A stretch of DNA of 64,000 nucleotides, taken from an uncultured bacterium. Lineage in GTDB: Bacteria; Acidobacteriota; Thermoanaerobaculia; Multivoradales; JAHZIX01. The DNA is taken from NCBI GenBank assembly GCA_965368975.1, contig CBDUPA010000019.1:64001-128000 (forward strand), written 5' to 3'. The notes beneath the pieces were generated by a model that saw only the letters and a program-made list of their open reading frames with translations, was not told the origin of the DNA and made no database searches. A program made the position numbers and the translations under genes. Each line of letters opens with the position of its first letter. Within the stretch, counting starts at the first letter, position 1. This document shows, in pieces, positions 41,972 to 50,500 of this stretch.

Positions 41972-42043
41972 CTGAAATCTCTCCCATCTCCCCGACACAC
42001 CCCTACTCCGTGAATCAAATAGAAAGAGAACGCGAAAGGATTA

Positions 42044-43051
42044 TCAGCCCTTGTGCCTTTGGTGCGCCGCGAGCGCCGACTTGGCGATACCTGCGGCGTC
42101 GAGGCCAAAGTGCGCCAAGTGCACGTCGTGCGTTCCGAGAACCGGCGAGAAGGTATCCGGAATTCCGAGGATCTTCATCGGTGTCGGCCGGCGCGTGGCC
42201 AGAGTCTCGGCCACCGCACCACCCAGGCCGCCATAGACGTTGTGCTCCTCGACGGTGAGGATCAGGCCGGTCTCCTCTGCCGCCTGCTCCAGCAACTCGG
42301 CGTCGATCGGCTTGATGCTGTACATGTCGATGACGCGTGCGTCGATACCCTGCTCGGCCAGCTTGGCCGCCGCCTTCAGGCTCTCCGGCACCACCGCGAT
42401 GCCGGCGGCAACCAGCGTCAGGTCCTTGCCGTCGCGCAGTACATGGCCCTTGCCGATCTCGAAGCTGGCGTTCTCGTCGTAGACCTGCTCAGCATCGTCC
42501 ATACCGATGCGCAAGAAGGTCGGCCCCTCGTACTCGACGCAGGCCATCGTCAGGTGGTAGGTCGCCACACCGTCGGCCGGTGCCACGACGGTCATGCCGG
42601 GCAGCGCACGACCAATGGCGATATCCTCAATGGCGTGGTGGGTCGGACCTGAGAAGCCCGACTGCATGCCGGCGAAAGTGCCGAAGATCTTGACGTTGGT
42701 GTTGTGGTAGCAGATCTCCAGGCGCACCTGCTCACAAGCACGCATCAAGGCGAAGTCGGCGAAGGTGTTGACCATCGGAATCTTGCCGCGCAACGCCAGG
42801 CCCGAGGCGACGCCGATCAGGCTGGCCTCGGCGATGCCGACGTCGATCCAGCGGTCCGGGAACTCGTCGCGAAAGTCGAAGCCGAAGAAGTCGCCCAGGT
42901 CGGCCTCGACCGACCACACGCGTTCGTCCTGCTGGCCGGCGTGCAGCTGGCCCAGACGGTTGGTGCGCACGGTCGACAGGCCGTACTTCTCGATCCACGC
43001 GGCACTGCCGGGTGCCGGCTCCGTTGTAGGAGGTGTCAGACGGCGACTCAT
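42044..43051 (-). CDS. Split transketolase C-terminal (beta; pyrimidine-binding + C-terminal) subunit, copy 2
   Basis: 335 aa; DVGIAEASLIG (ThDP-activating Glu), RACEQVRL, GPTHHAIED, GKDLTLVAAG, SIKPID, TVEEHNVYGGLG. ATGA overlap with the upstream N-subunit stop at 43048-43051. Confidence 0.9.
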   Translation of the reverse strand: MSRRLTPPTTEPAPGSAAWIEKYGLSTVRTNRLGQLHAGQQDERVWSVEADLGDFFGFDFRDEFPDRWIDVGIAEASLIGVASGLALRGKIPMVNTFADFALMRACEQVRLEICYHNTNVKIFGTFAGMQSGFSGPTHHAIEDIAIGRALPGMTVVAPADGVATYHLTMACVEYEGPTFLRIGMDDAEQVYDENASFEIGKGHVLRDGKDLTLVAAGIAVVPESLKAAAKLAEQGIDARVIDMYSIKPIDAELLEQAAEETGLILTVEEHNVYGGLGGAVAETLATRRPTPMKILGIPDTFSPVLGTHDVHLAHFGLDAAGIAKSALAAHQRHKG

Positions 43052-43908
43052 GATGCACTCCGCGGCCGGATGGCCTCCAAATCCTTGAACGCCTGCTCGC
43101 GCTGCTCGGCATTCATCTTGCCATAGTGCCAGGCGTGGTTACCCTCGGCGTAGGAGATGGACTTGCCCTTGACGGTCTGCGCGATGATCACCGACGGCTT
43201 ACCGGAGGTGAACGGAATGTCGTGCAGCGCGGAACTCAGCGCCTCGACATCGTGGCCGTCGATCTCGCGCGCGTCCCAGCCGAAGGCGCGCCACTTCTCG
43301 GCGAACGGCTCCAGCGACATGATGTCCTCGGTCTTGCCGTCTTCCTGCACGAAGTTGCGGTCGACGATCGCCACCACGTTGTCCAGCTTGTAGTGTGCGG
43401 CGGTCATCGCGGCCTCCCAGATCGAGCCTTCCTGGCACTCACCGTCGCCCAGAACGACGTAGACACGCCGGTCTTCGCCGTCGTGCTTGGCGGCCAGCGC
43501 GATGCCGTTGCCTACGCCCAAACCGTGGCCCAGCGAACCGGTCGCCAGCTCGATGCCCGGAATCGCCTTCGACGGATGGCCAGCCAGACGGCCGCCGGTC
43601 TTCTTGTACTCCTTCAGCTCCTCCACCGGGAAGAAGCCACGCTCGGCCATGGCGGCATAGAGCGACGCGCTGGAGTGCCCCTTGCTGAAGATGAAGTAGT
43701 CGCGGTCTTCCCACTTCGGGTTGCTGGGATCGACGCGCACCACGCCGTCGAAGAGCAGCACGGTGAGGATCTCTACCGACGACATCGAGCCGCCCAGGTG
43801 GGCGCCCGGCGAGTCGGCGCACATCCGGACGATGTGTTCGCGCAGGGTATAAGCGATGGCGCGCAGGTCGTCCGCGGAGGCGGCATTGGTGGCGCTGGCG
43901 GTAGGCAT
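43048..43908 (-). CDS. Split transketolase N-terminal (alpha; ThDP-binding) subunit
   Basis: Likely start ATG 43908 (AAGGAG at 43915-43920), 286 aa; the track's longer ORF overlaps the aminotransferase. Motifs GAHLGGSMS, FSKGHSS, LAGHPS, ATGSLGHG, GDGECQEGSIWEA...DRN (ThDP/Mg motif), TVKGK...AWH. Confidence 0.92.
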   Translation of the reverse strand: MPTASATNAASADDLRAIAYTLREHIVRMCADSPGAHLGGSMSSVEILTVLLFDGVVRVDPSNPKWEDRDYFIFSKGHSSASLYAAMAERGFFPVEELKEYKKTGGRLAGHPSKAIPGIELATGSLGHGLGVGNGIALAAKHDGEDRRVYVVLGDGECQEGSIWEAAMTAAHYKLDNVVAIVDRNFVQEDGKTEDIMSLEPFAEKWRAFGWDAREIDGHDVEALSSALHDIPFTSGKPSVIIAQTVKGKSISYAEGNHAWHYGKMNAEQREQAFKDLEAIRPRSAS

Positions 43909-43999
43909 AGGTTGCTCCTTCAGGCGTATATTGACGATGCTCTTTCGATATGTTTCTTCAGCAATTCCGGACCAGATTAGGCAGTTCAGAACAGCCAGG

Positions 44000-45334
44000 T
44001 CAGAACAACACGACCTCGCCCTCCCAGGGCTCGCGGTACTCGATCGACTTGGCGTAGCGCACGAACTCATCGCGGTTGGCGAACACCTTCTCGAACGCCG
44101 CGGCGTACAGGTCGACGTTGGCCGGCTCCATGAAGCTGGCCATACACAAGCGCTTGCCAACCAGCATCGTGCTGCGAATGACGTCCAACGTCTGCGGGTA
44201 GTCGTGGATGTCGTACTGAATGTCGCGCGAGTTGTGGCCACACGACCACGGGCAGCCACGGCCGTACCCGTCCTTGTTCTGGAACAGGTGCTGCCCCGGC
44301 AGTGGACGCGTCTGGTAGTGGATCAGCGGCACGCCCTCGGCCGCCATCACGTCGTCCAACGCCTTGCGCATCACGCCGGCATCCAGATCGAGGCCCGCCT
44401 CCTCCGGCTTCACGCGGAAGCGGAAGTGGTGGTAGACGTGGGTGCTGCCCTCGGGCACGTGGGGCGCTTCGAGTCCCGGTATGGCATCGAAACAAGCACG
44501 CAGCCGATCGGCGCCGGCTTGAACCCGCGCGATGTAGTCGTCGTAGCGGTCGAGCTGGCTGAGCGTGAACGCCGCCAGGATGCTGCTGAAACGGTAGTTC
44601 CAGCCCATGGTCATGGCGTTGTAGTCTCGCTCCTGCCCCTTGACCACCTTCTCACCGAACATCTTGACCATGTCGGCTCGGTCGCGCAGATCGCTGTCGT
44701 TGGTGGTGAACAGACCACCCTCGCCGGCCGTCGCGAGGTTCTTGCCGGCCATGATGCTGTACGTGCCCATGTCGCCGACATTGCCGGCCTGCTTGCCCTT
44801 GTAGAGGGCACCCGGTGCCTGTGCGTTGTCCTCGATCACCTTGACGCCGTGGCGGTGGGCGATCTCGATGATCGGATCCATGTCCGCCGGTAGGCCGTGG
44901 AGATGCACCGCGATGATCGCCTTGGTGCGATCGGTGATGTGCTGCTCGAGCTTCGTCGGATCGAGGGTATAGGTGCGCGGATCGACATCGGCGAACACCG
45001 GTAGGCCCTGGTGGTGGATGATCGCCGAGGCCGAAGCCAGGAACGACAGCGCCGGCACGATGACCTCGTCACCCGGCTCCACTCCCGCCGCCACCACCGC
45101 CGCGTGCAACGCCGCGGTACCGCTGTTGACCGCGATGCAGTACTTGCTGCCCACGTAGTTGGCCCAGCGCTCTTCGAGCGCCGGCACGTCGTGCGTGTTG
45201 ATCCAGCTCAAGTTGCCGGTACGCAGGCTGTTCGAGACGGCTTCGATGTCAGCTTCATCGACGATCGGCCAGGTCTCGGTGATCGCACCCGTGGCGACAG
45301 CGGGCGAGCCGCCGTGAATCGCTAGTTGACTCAT
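44000..45334 (-). CDS. DegT/DnrJ/EryC1/StrS-family PLP aminotransferase
   Basis: 444 aa; AVNSGTAALH, PGDEVIVP, VFADVDP, VHLHG, IEDNAQAPGA (PLP Asp), YSIMAGKNLATAGEGG (Schiff-base Lys), GWNYR. Confidence 0.93.
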   Translation of the reverse strand: MSQLAIHGGSPAVATGAITETWPIVDEADIEAVSNSLRTGNLSWINTHDVPALEERWANYVGSKYCIAVNSGTAALHAAVVAAGVEPGDEVIVPALSFLASASAIIHHQGLPVFADVDPRTYTLDPTKLEQHITDRTKAIIAVHLHGLPADMDPIIEIAHRHGVKVIEDNAQAPGALYKGKQAGNVGDMGTYSIMAGKNLATAGEGGLFTTNDSDLRDRADMVKMFGEKVVKGQERDYNAMTMGWNYRFSSILAAFTLSQLDRYDDYIARVQAGADRLRACFDAIPGLEAPHVPEGSTHVYHHFRFRVKPEEAGLDLDAGVMRKALDDVMAAEGVPLIHYQTRPLPGQHLFQNKDGYGRGCPWSCGHNSRDIQYDIHDYPQTLDVIRSTMLVGKRLCMASFMEPANVDLYAAAFEKVFANRDEFVRYAKSIEYREPWEGEVVLF

Positions 45335-45345
45335 TCCATGTGCTC

Positions 45346-46350
45346 CTAAGCTGACTTTCGTTCCAGCACCTGCTTGGCGGTGGCGGCGATCGAAGCCGCG
45401 TCCATGCCGTACCAGGGCAACATCTCTTCTTGCGGACCAAACTTCTCGGGGAAGGCGTTGTCGAGCCCGACACGTGCCAGCGGCACCGGAGCGTGCTGCA
45501 TCAGCACCTCCGCGACCGCGCAGCCCAACCCCGCGTAGATGTTGTGGTCCTCCACCGTCACCGCCGCGCCGCAGGCCGCCGCCGCTTCGGCGATCGCCTC
45601 GCCATCGAGCGGCTTGAGCGTGTGCACGTTAACCAGCCGAGCCCCGATACCGTCGGCTCGCAGCTGCTCGACCGCCGCTTGCGCCTCGGCCACCATGAGG
45701 TTGCCGGTGGCGAAGATGGCAATGTCGTCACCGTCGCTCAGTTGCACGGCCTTGCCGATCTGGAAGTCGTAGTCGTCCTGGTACACCTGCGGCGTCTCGG
45801 CACGGCCGACCCGGATGTACACCGGACCGTCGTGCTCAAAGGCTGCTCGTGTCGCCTTGTACGTCTCGATCGAGTCAGCCGGCGACAGCACCACGAAGTT
45901 GGGCAACGCCCGCGTGATCGCGTAGTCCTCGATGCAGTAGTGCGTGCTCGCCGCCAGGCCACCCGAAGTGCCGGAGTAGTAGCCGATCAGCTTGACGTTC
46001 GAGTTGTGGTAGGCGATGGCCAGTCGCACCTGCTCGCAGGCGCGCATGATCAGGAACGAAGCGAAGGAATTGACGAAGGGAACCTTACCGCGTTTGGACA
46101 TGCCCGCAGCGCAACCAACCAGGTCGGCCTCAGAAATACCCAGTTGCACCCAGCGCTTCGGGAACACCTCGTGGAAGGGAACCGACGGCATGCCGAGGTC
46201 ACCTTCCAGCGAGTAGAGGCGCTCGTCCTCGTAGGCCAGTTCCAGCTGTGCCATGCGGCACACTTGGCGGCTGGAAAGCCCATAGTGGTCGAGCCATGCC
46301 CCGGAGCCGGGACGCAACTCTTCCGGCCGAGACCAGTTGGTCTGAATCAT
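45346..46350 (-). CDS. Split transketolase C-terminal (beta) subunit, copy 1
   Basis: Likely start ATG 46350 (or GTG 46353) behind GGAGGAG, ~334 aa; LGISEADLVG, RACEQVRL, STHYCIED, GPVYIRVGR, TLKPLD, TVEDHNIYAGLG. Confidence 0.9.
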   Translation of the reverse strand: MIQTNWSRPEELRPGSGAWLDHYGLSSRQVCRMAQLELAYEDERLYSLEGDLGMPSVPFHEVFPKRWVQLGISEADLVGCAAGMSKRGKVPFVNSFASFLIMRACEQVRLAIAYHNSNVKLIGYYSGTSGGLAASTHYCIEDYAITRALPNFVVLSPADSIETYKATRAAFEHDGPVYIRVGRAETPQVYQDDYDFQIGKAVQLSDGDDIAIFATGNLMVAEAQAAVEQLRADGIGARLVNVHTLKPLDGEAIAEAAAACGAAVTVEDHNIYAGLGCAVAEVLMQHAPVPLARVGLDNAFPEKFGPQEEMLPWYGMDAASIAATAKQVLERKSA

Positions 46351-46413
46351 CACTGCTCCTCCAATTGTAGATGCCCGATAGCGGACCAAAGTAAATCAAG
46401 GGAAACGGCGGCC

Positions 46414-46441
46414 ATTGTATCGCTTCGCGGAACGAGTTCAA
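46414..46441 (-). promoter_or_regulatory. Candidate sigma70-type promoter for the transketolase/aminotransferase/megasynthetase operon
   Basis: Minus strand TTGAAC (46441-46436), 16-nt spacer, TACAAT (46419-46414), in a locally AT-rich patch ~65 bp upstream of the first cassette gene. Confidence 0.5.
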
Positions 46442-46763
46442 GCTTCAGACTACCGATTCGCGCTCAACTGCCATTCCGGATCCCCGAAAGACACGAGCTG
46501 ATACGGAGATCGAGGTCGGAAGTTGGGTCCGTAGACCAGTCCCTCGTCCTCGAGCACGGACCACTCTTCACGCCAGCCCAGCCGTCGAAGACAGCGACGG
46601 CCGGAGCCGGAGCTCACCGTATGGGCCGTCGGCGGCCCGTGCACCGGCGGTGGATGCCCAAGGATCTCGAGAACCGCGACCTGCCTGTAACGGCGTCACA
46701 TCCGGCGAAGTCCCATGAGCGAGCCAATCGGATAGACTCGAGGCCTCTCAACCGAGACCGAAA

Positions 46764-47588
46764 ATGAAACCGATCTCAGCACCGGAGTCTCCCGACATGC
46801 CGGCCGGCCAGCCCGCCTGGGCGACTCCTGTCTCGCACGACGCTCACGGAACGTTCGCCGACCTGGACCTCGACGGCATGCGGCACCGCCTGCGCTGGAT
46901 TCCACCGGGAACCTTCCTGGCAGGATCTCCCCCCAGCGAAGGCGGCCGCTATGCCTGGGAAGGGCCACAGACCGAAGTGACGCTACAAGGCTTCTGGCTG
47001 GGGGAAACCCCCTGCACGCAAGACGTCTGGCAAGCGGTGACCGGAGACAATCCGAGCAAGTTCGTCTCTCCGCGACGCCCGGTCGAACAGGTCAGCTGGG
47101 ACCAGTGCGTCGCCTTCCTGGAGCAGTTGAAGACCCGAGTGCCGTCGCTAGAGCCGCGCCTGCCCACCGAGGTGGAGTGGGAATATGCCTGCCGTGCCGG
47201 AACCTCGACCAGCACCTATGCCGGCGAGTTGGAGATCCTGAGCCCGTACAACGCGCCACTGCTCGATGAGATCGCCTGGTACGCGGGCAACAGCTGCCAC
47301 GACTTCGACCTGGACGCTGGTGTCGACGCGACCCGCTGGGCAGACAAGCAATATCCGGGCGACCAGGCCGGTACACGCCTCGTCGCGTCGAAGCGGCCCA
47401 ACCCCTGGGGTCTCTATGACATGTTGGGCAACGTCCTGGAGTGGTGCCAGGACACGGTCGGCTCCAAGCGCGTCAGCCGTGGTGGTTCCTGGAGCTACAG
47501 CGCTCGCTGCCTGCGCGCCGCCTACCGTGGCTGGTGGCCACCCAACTCGCGCTTCTGCGATCTCGGCTTCCGGCTCGCGCTCAGCTAA
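46764..47588 (+). CDS. FGE-sulfatase (SUMF1/EgtB/PvdO-like, C-type-lectin fold) domain protein
   Basis: 274 aa; WIPPGTFLAGS, EGPQTEVTL..FWLGETPCTQ, RPVEQVSW, RLPTEVEWEYACRAG, PNPWGLYDMLGNVLEWC, RGGSW...R...R...LGFRL. No FGE CxxxxC catalytic motif and no obvious signal peptide. Confidence 0.9.
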   Translation: MKPISAPESPDMPAGQPAWATPVSHDAHGTFADLDLDGMRHRLRWIPPGTFLAGSPPSEGGRYAWEGPQTEVTLQGFWLGETPCTQDVWQAVTGDNPSKFVSPRRPVEQVSWDQCVAFLEQLKTRVPSLEPRLPTEVEWEYACRAGTSTSTYAGELEILSPYNAPLLDEIAWYAGNSCHDFDLDAGVDATRWADKQYPGDQAGTRLVASKRPNPWGLYDMLGNVLEWCQDTVGSKRVSRGGSWSYSARCLRAAYRGWWPPNSRFCDLGFRLALS

Positions 47589-50500
47589 GACATCGCACCA
47601 CCACCTCCGCCACCGACACCACTGTCGGCTCCTTGAGCAGGGTGAAGTGGTTGCCGGCCAGGTCGGTGCGGCGTACCTCTCCGAGACACCCATTCCAGGG
47701 CTCGTCCGCTGGCCCCGTGCCGAGCATGCGCGTCGTCGCCTCGGCGCGCACGAACTCCGCAGCGCCAGCATAGGAGCCTGCCCGGTAGTTGTAGAGCAAG
47801 TGGACGTTGCGGCGGAACAACTCGACGAGTTCCTCCAGGTGCTCGGAGCCGGAACCCGGCGGCAGCGCCCCGGCCGCGACGGCGGCGTTGGCGAGAATAC
47901 CGAGGCGGTCTTCTTGCGCGGCTTGGCGCAGTTTGCCTTGCAGCTCGGGCAACAGCGACCGGCTCGTCAGGTCGGCCAAGAAGGTCGCCATCAGCGTCGG
48001 CTCATCCCAGTCGCGCTGCTCGCTAGAAGACTGCGCAACATCCGGCGTGGCGTCGATCATCACCAGCAACTCGACCTGCTCGCCCGCGGCTTCCAGCTGC
48101 CGCGACATCTCGAACGTCAGCACCGCACCCATCGACCAGCCGCCGAGACGGTACGGGCCTTCAGGCTGCACGCGCCGCACCTCGTCCAGGTATCTCGACG
48201 CCAGCGCCTCGAAGTCGTCGAAGCGCTCCCCCACCGGCGGACTCTGCAGGCCGTAGACCGGCAGCTCCTGCACCCGTGTACCGAGGTGCCGCGTCAAATC
48301 GAGGTAAGACAGGACGTTGCCACCGACCGGGTGCGCCAGGAACAGCGGCCGCTCCCCGTCTCCACCCTCAGAGGCAACTTCGCGCAGCGGCACCAAGATC
48401 TCGCGCTCACTCGGGTGCCAGTCACCGCGCAGGCGGGCCGCCAGGCCTTCGATCGTCGGCGTCTCGAACAGACTCGCGACGGCGACCTGGATGCCAAACT
48501 GCTGCTGCAAGCCGGCCGTCAAACGCACGGCCAGCAGCGAGTGACCACCGAGGTCGAAGAAGCTGTCGCGCACGCCGAAGCCGCCGTGGCCGAGCAACTC
48601 CTGCCACAGCTCCATCAGCTCGGCTTCCAACTCGTCTCTGGGTGCGACGCTGTCGGCCGAGGCTTCGGTGCCGAGATCGGCACGCGCGGTCAGGCTGCGA
48701 CGGTCAGCCTTGCCGCTGGGGGTGAGAGGGAACTCCTCCAGCACCAACACCCGTGCCGGCACGAAGTGCGCCGGCAGACTGTCGACCAGGCGGGCGCGCA
48801 GCGTGTCGCCCATCGCATCTCCCTGCGGACGAGCGCCGGGCTCGACCTCGAGAGTCACGAAAGCGAGGATACGCGCAGCACCCGTGCCGGCATGCTGGAC
48901 GACAGCAACGGCTTGGCGCACCTCCGCGTGCTCCTCCAGCGCTGCCTCGATTTCCCCCAGCTCGACGCGGAAGCCGCGCACCTTCACCTGGTGGTCGCGC
49001 CGGCCGAGGCAATCCATCGTGCCGTCCATGCGCCAGCGGATCAGGTCGCCCGTCGTGTACAGGCGCTCGCCTGGTACCTCAGAGAACGGGTTGGGACGGT
49101 ACGAACCAGCGGTGATCATCGGTCGATCAATGTAGCCGAGCGACAGGCCGGTACCGCCCAGGAACAGCTCGCCCGGCACGCCGAAGGGTGCCAGGTTGCC
49201 GACCTGGTCCAGCACGTAACCGCGGCAGCCGGGCAGCGTACGACCGACACGCATGGCCTGCAGGTCCGGCGGCAGGCGCCAAGAGGTCGAGAAGGTGGTG
49301 TCCTCGGACGGACCGTAGAGGTTGTAGACATCCAGCTGCGGGCGCTTGTAGCGCGGCCGGGCGTCGAAGATGGTGCGCGCCAGCGACAGTGCCACCGGTT
49401 CGCCGGCCAGGTTCAGCGCCTCGACGGACGCGGGCAGCGGCGCGACGGCGAGCAACTCGGTGGCGACGGACGGCACGGTGTCGACCAGCGTCACCCGTTC
49501 GGCGGATTCGAGCGTCGGCAGTTCCAGTGCATCGCGCACCAGGATCGCGCAGCCGCCGGTCGACAGCGGCGCGAACAGTTCGAAGACGGAGATGTCGAAG
49601 CTCACCGACGTCGCCGCCAGGACGTTGGACAGCTGCGTCGGCGTGTAGGTCGCTACCGCCCAGCGCAGCATGTCCAGCGCCGAGGTGTGACGGATCATGA
49701 TGCCCTTGGGACGGCCGGTCGAGCCCGAGGTGTAAATGATGTGCGAGGAGCCGAAGGGCGGGATCGGTTCGGGCCGCGGTAGCGCGTCACCAGCCTCCAC
49801 CGCTTTCGGTTCAAGAATGCGGACGCGCTCCTGGTAGTGCTCGGGGATCAGCTCGACGGTCGATGGCTGGCACAGCACGATCTCGGCATGACTGTCCTCG
49901 ATCAACCAGCGCAGACGCTCGGCCGGGTAGGCAGGGTCGAGCGGCACGTAGGCGGCACCAGCATAGAGCGCACCGATCATCGAAGCCACCATGCGCGGCG
50001 TGCGCCACAGGCAGACGCCGACGCGGGCACCTGGCTCAACGCCCGCTTGGCGCAGGCTCTCGGCGACGGCGGCGCTCTGGCGCAGCAGCTCGGCATACGT
50101 GATGTGGTGCTTGCCCGCCACCAGCGCGATGCGCTCCGGCAGCTCGGCGGCCCGTGCCAGGAACGGCTGGTGCAGACCGCTGGTGTCGTCGGGGATCCAG
50201 GCGGTCGGCGCGTCGGGCTCCTGCGAGTACTCGTGGAGCAACTGGTGCTGCTGAGCGCGGCTGTTGAACGGCAGCTGACGCCAGTCGCGCTCGGGGGCTT
50301 GGAGCGCCGCGTCGAGCAGACGTGTGAAACCCTCGACCCAGCGCACCATCGTCGTGCGGTCGAACAGGTCGGCGTTGTAGATCAAGGTCCCCGCGATCAC
50401 AGGACCGGAGCCATCTCTTCCGGAGCTAGCCGGCGCGGCAGGCACTTCCCCCAGCATCCACATCATCTCGAACTGCGTCTGGACGCTGCTGGTGGCCAGC

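Noticed and set aside
43909-44259. N-terminal extension of the 403-aa ORF (43048..44259), suggesting a longer or fused transketolase
   Set aside because: It overlaps the aminotransferase 3' end in another frame. A good RBS and ATG at 43908 give a normal-length alpha subunit.
44000-45334. Aminotransferase as part of an NDP-aminosugar glycosylation pathway or AHBA synthesis
   Set aside because: No nucleotidyltransferase, dehydratase, glycosyltransferase or aminoshikimate genes are in the window. Not excluded if they lie in the flanks.
42044-46350. Housekeeping transketolase, DXP synthase or pyruvate dehydrogenase E1; or a quinocarcin/naphthyridinomycin-type glycolyl-ACP supply system
   Set aside because: The altered acceptor motif, duplicated beta subunit and interleaved aminotransferase argue against housekeeping. 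No lipoyl/E2, free-standing ACP or KAS III partner is in the window for the glycolyl route, though one could lie outside it.
46351-46763. Possible DGR template repeat, ncRNA or small ORFs (46450-46644, 46696-46968) in the intergenic gap
   Set aside because: No AAC-rich copy of the FGE 3' end, no recognisable RNA family features, and the short ORFs lack motifs and a convincing RBS.
46764-47588. True formylglycine-generating enzyme (sulfatase maturation)
   Set aside because: It lacks the catalytic CxxxxC motif after RGGS, and no sulfatase gene is nearby.
47266-49782. 838-aa plus-strand ORF and many other long plus-strand ORFs (e.g. 18791-21199, 29696-31552, 14255-15985, 1142-2221)
   Set aside because: Antisense shadows of high-GC NRPS coding sequence, with no recognisable motifs and fully overlapping well-supported minus-strand genes.
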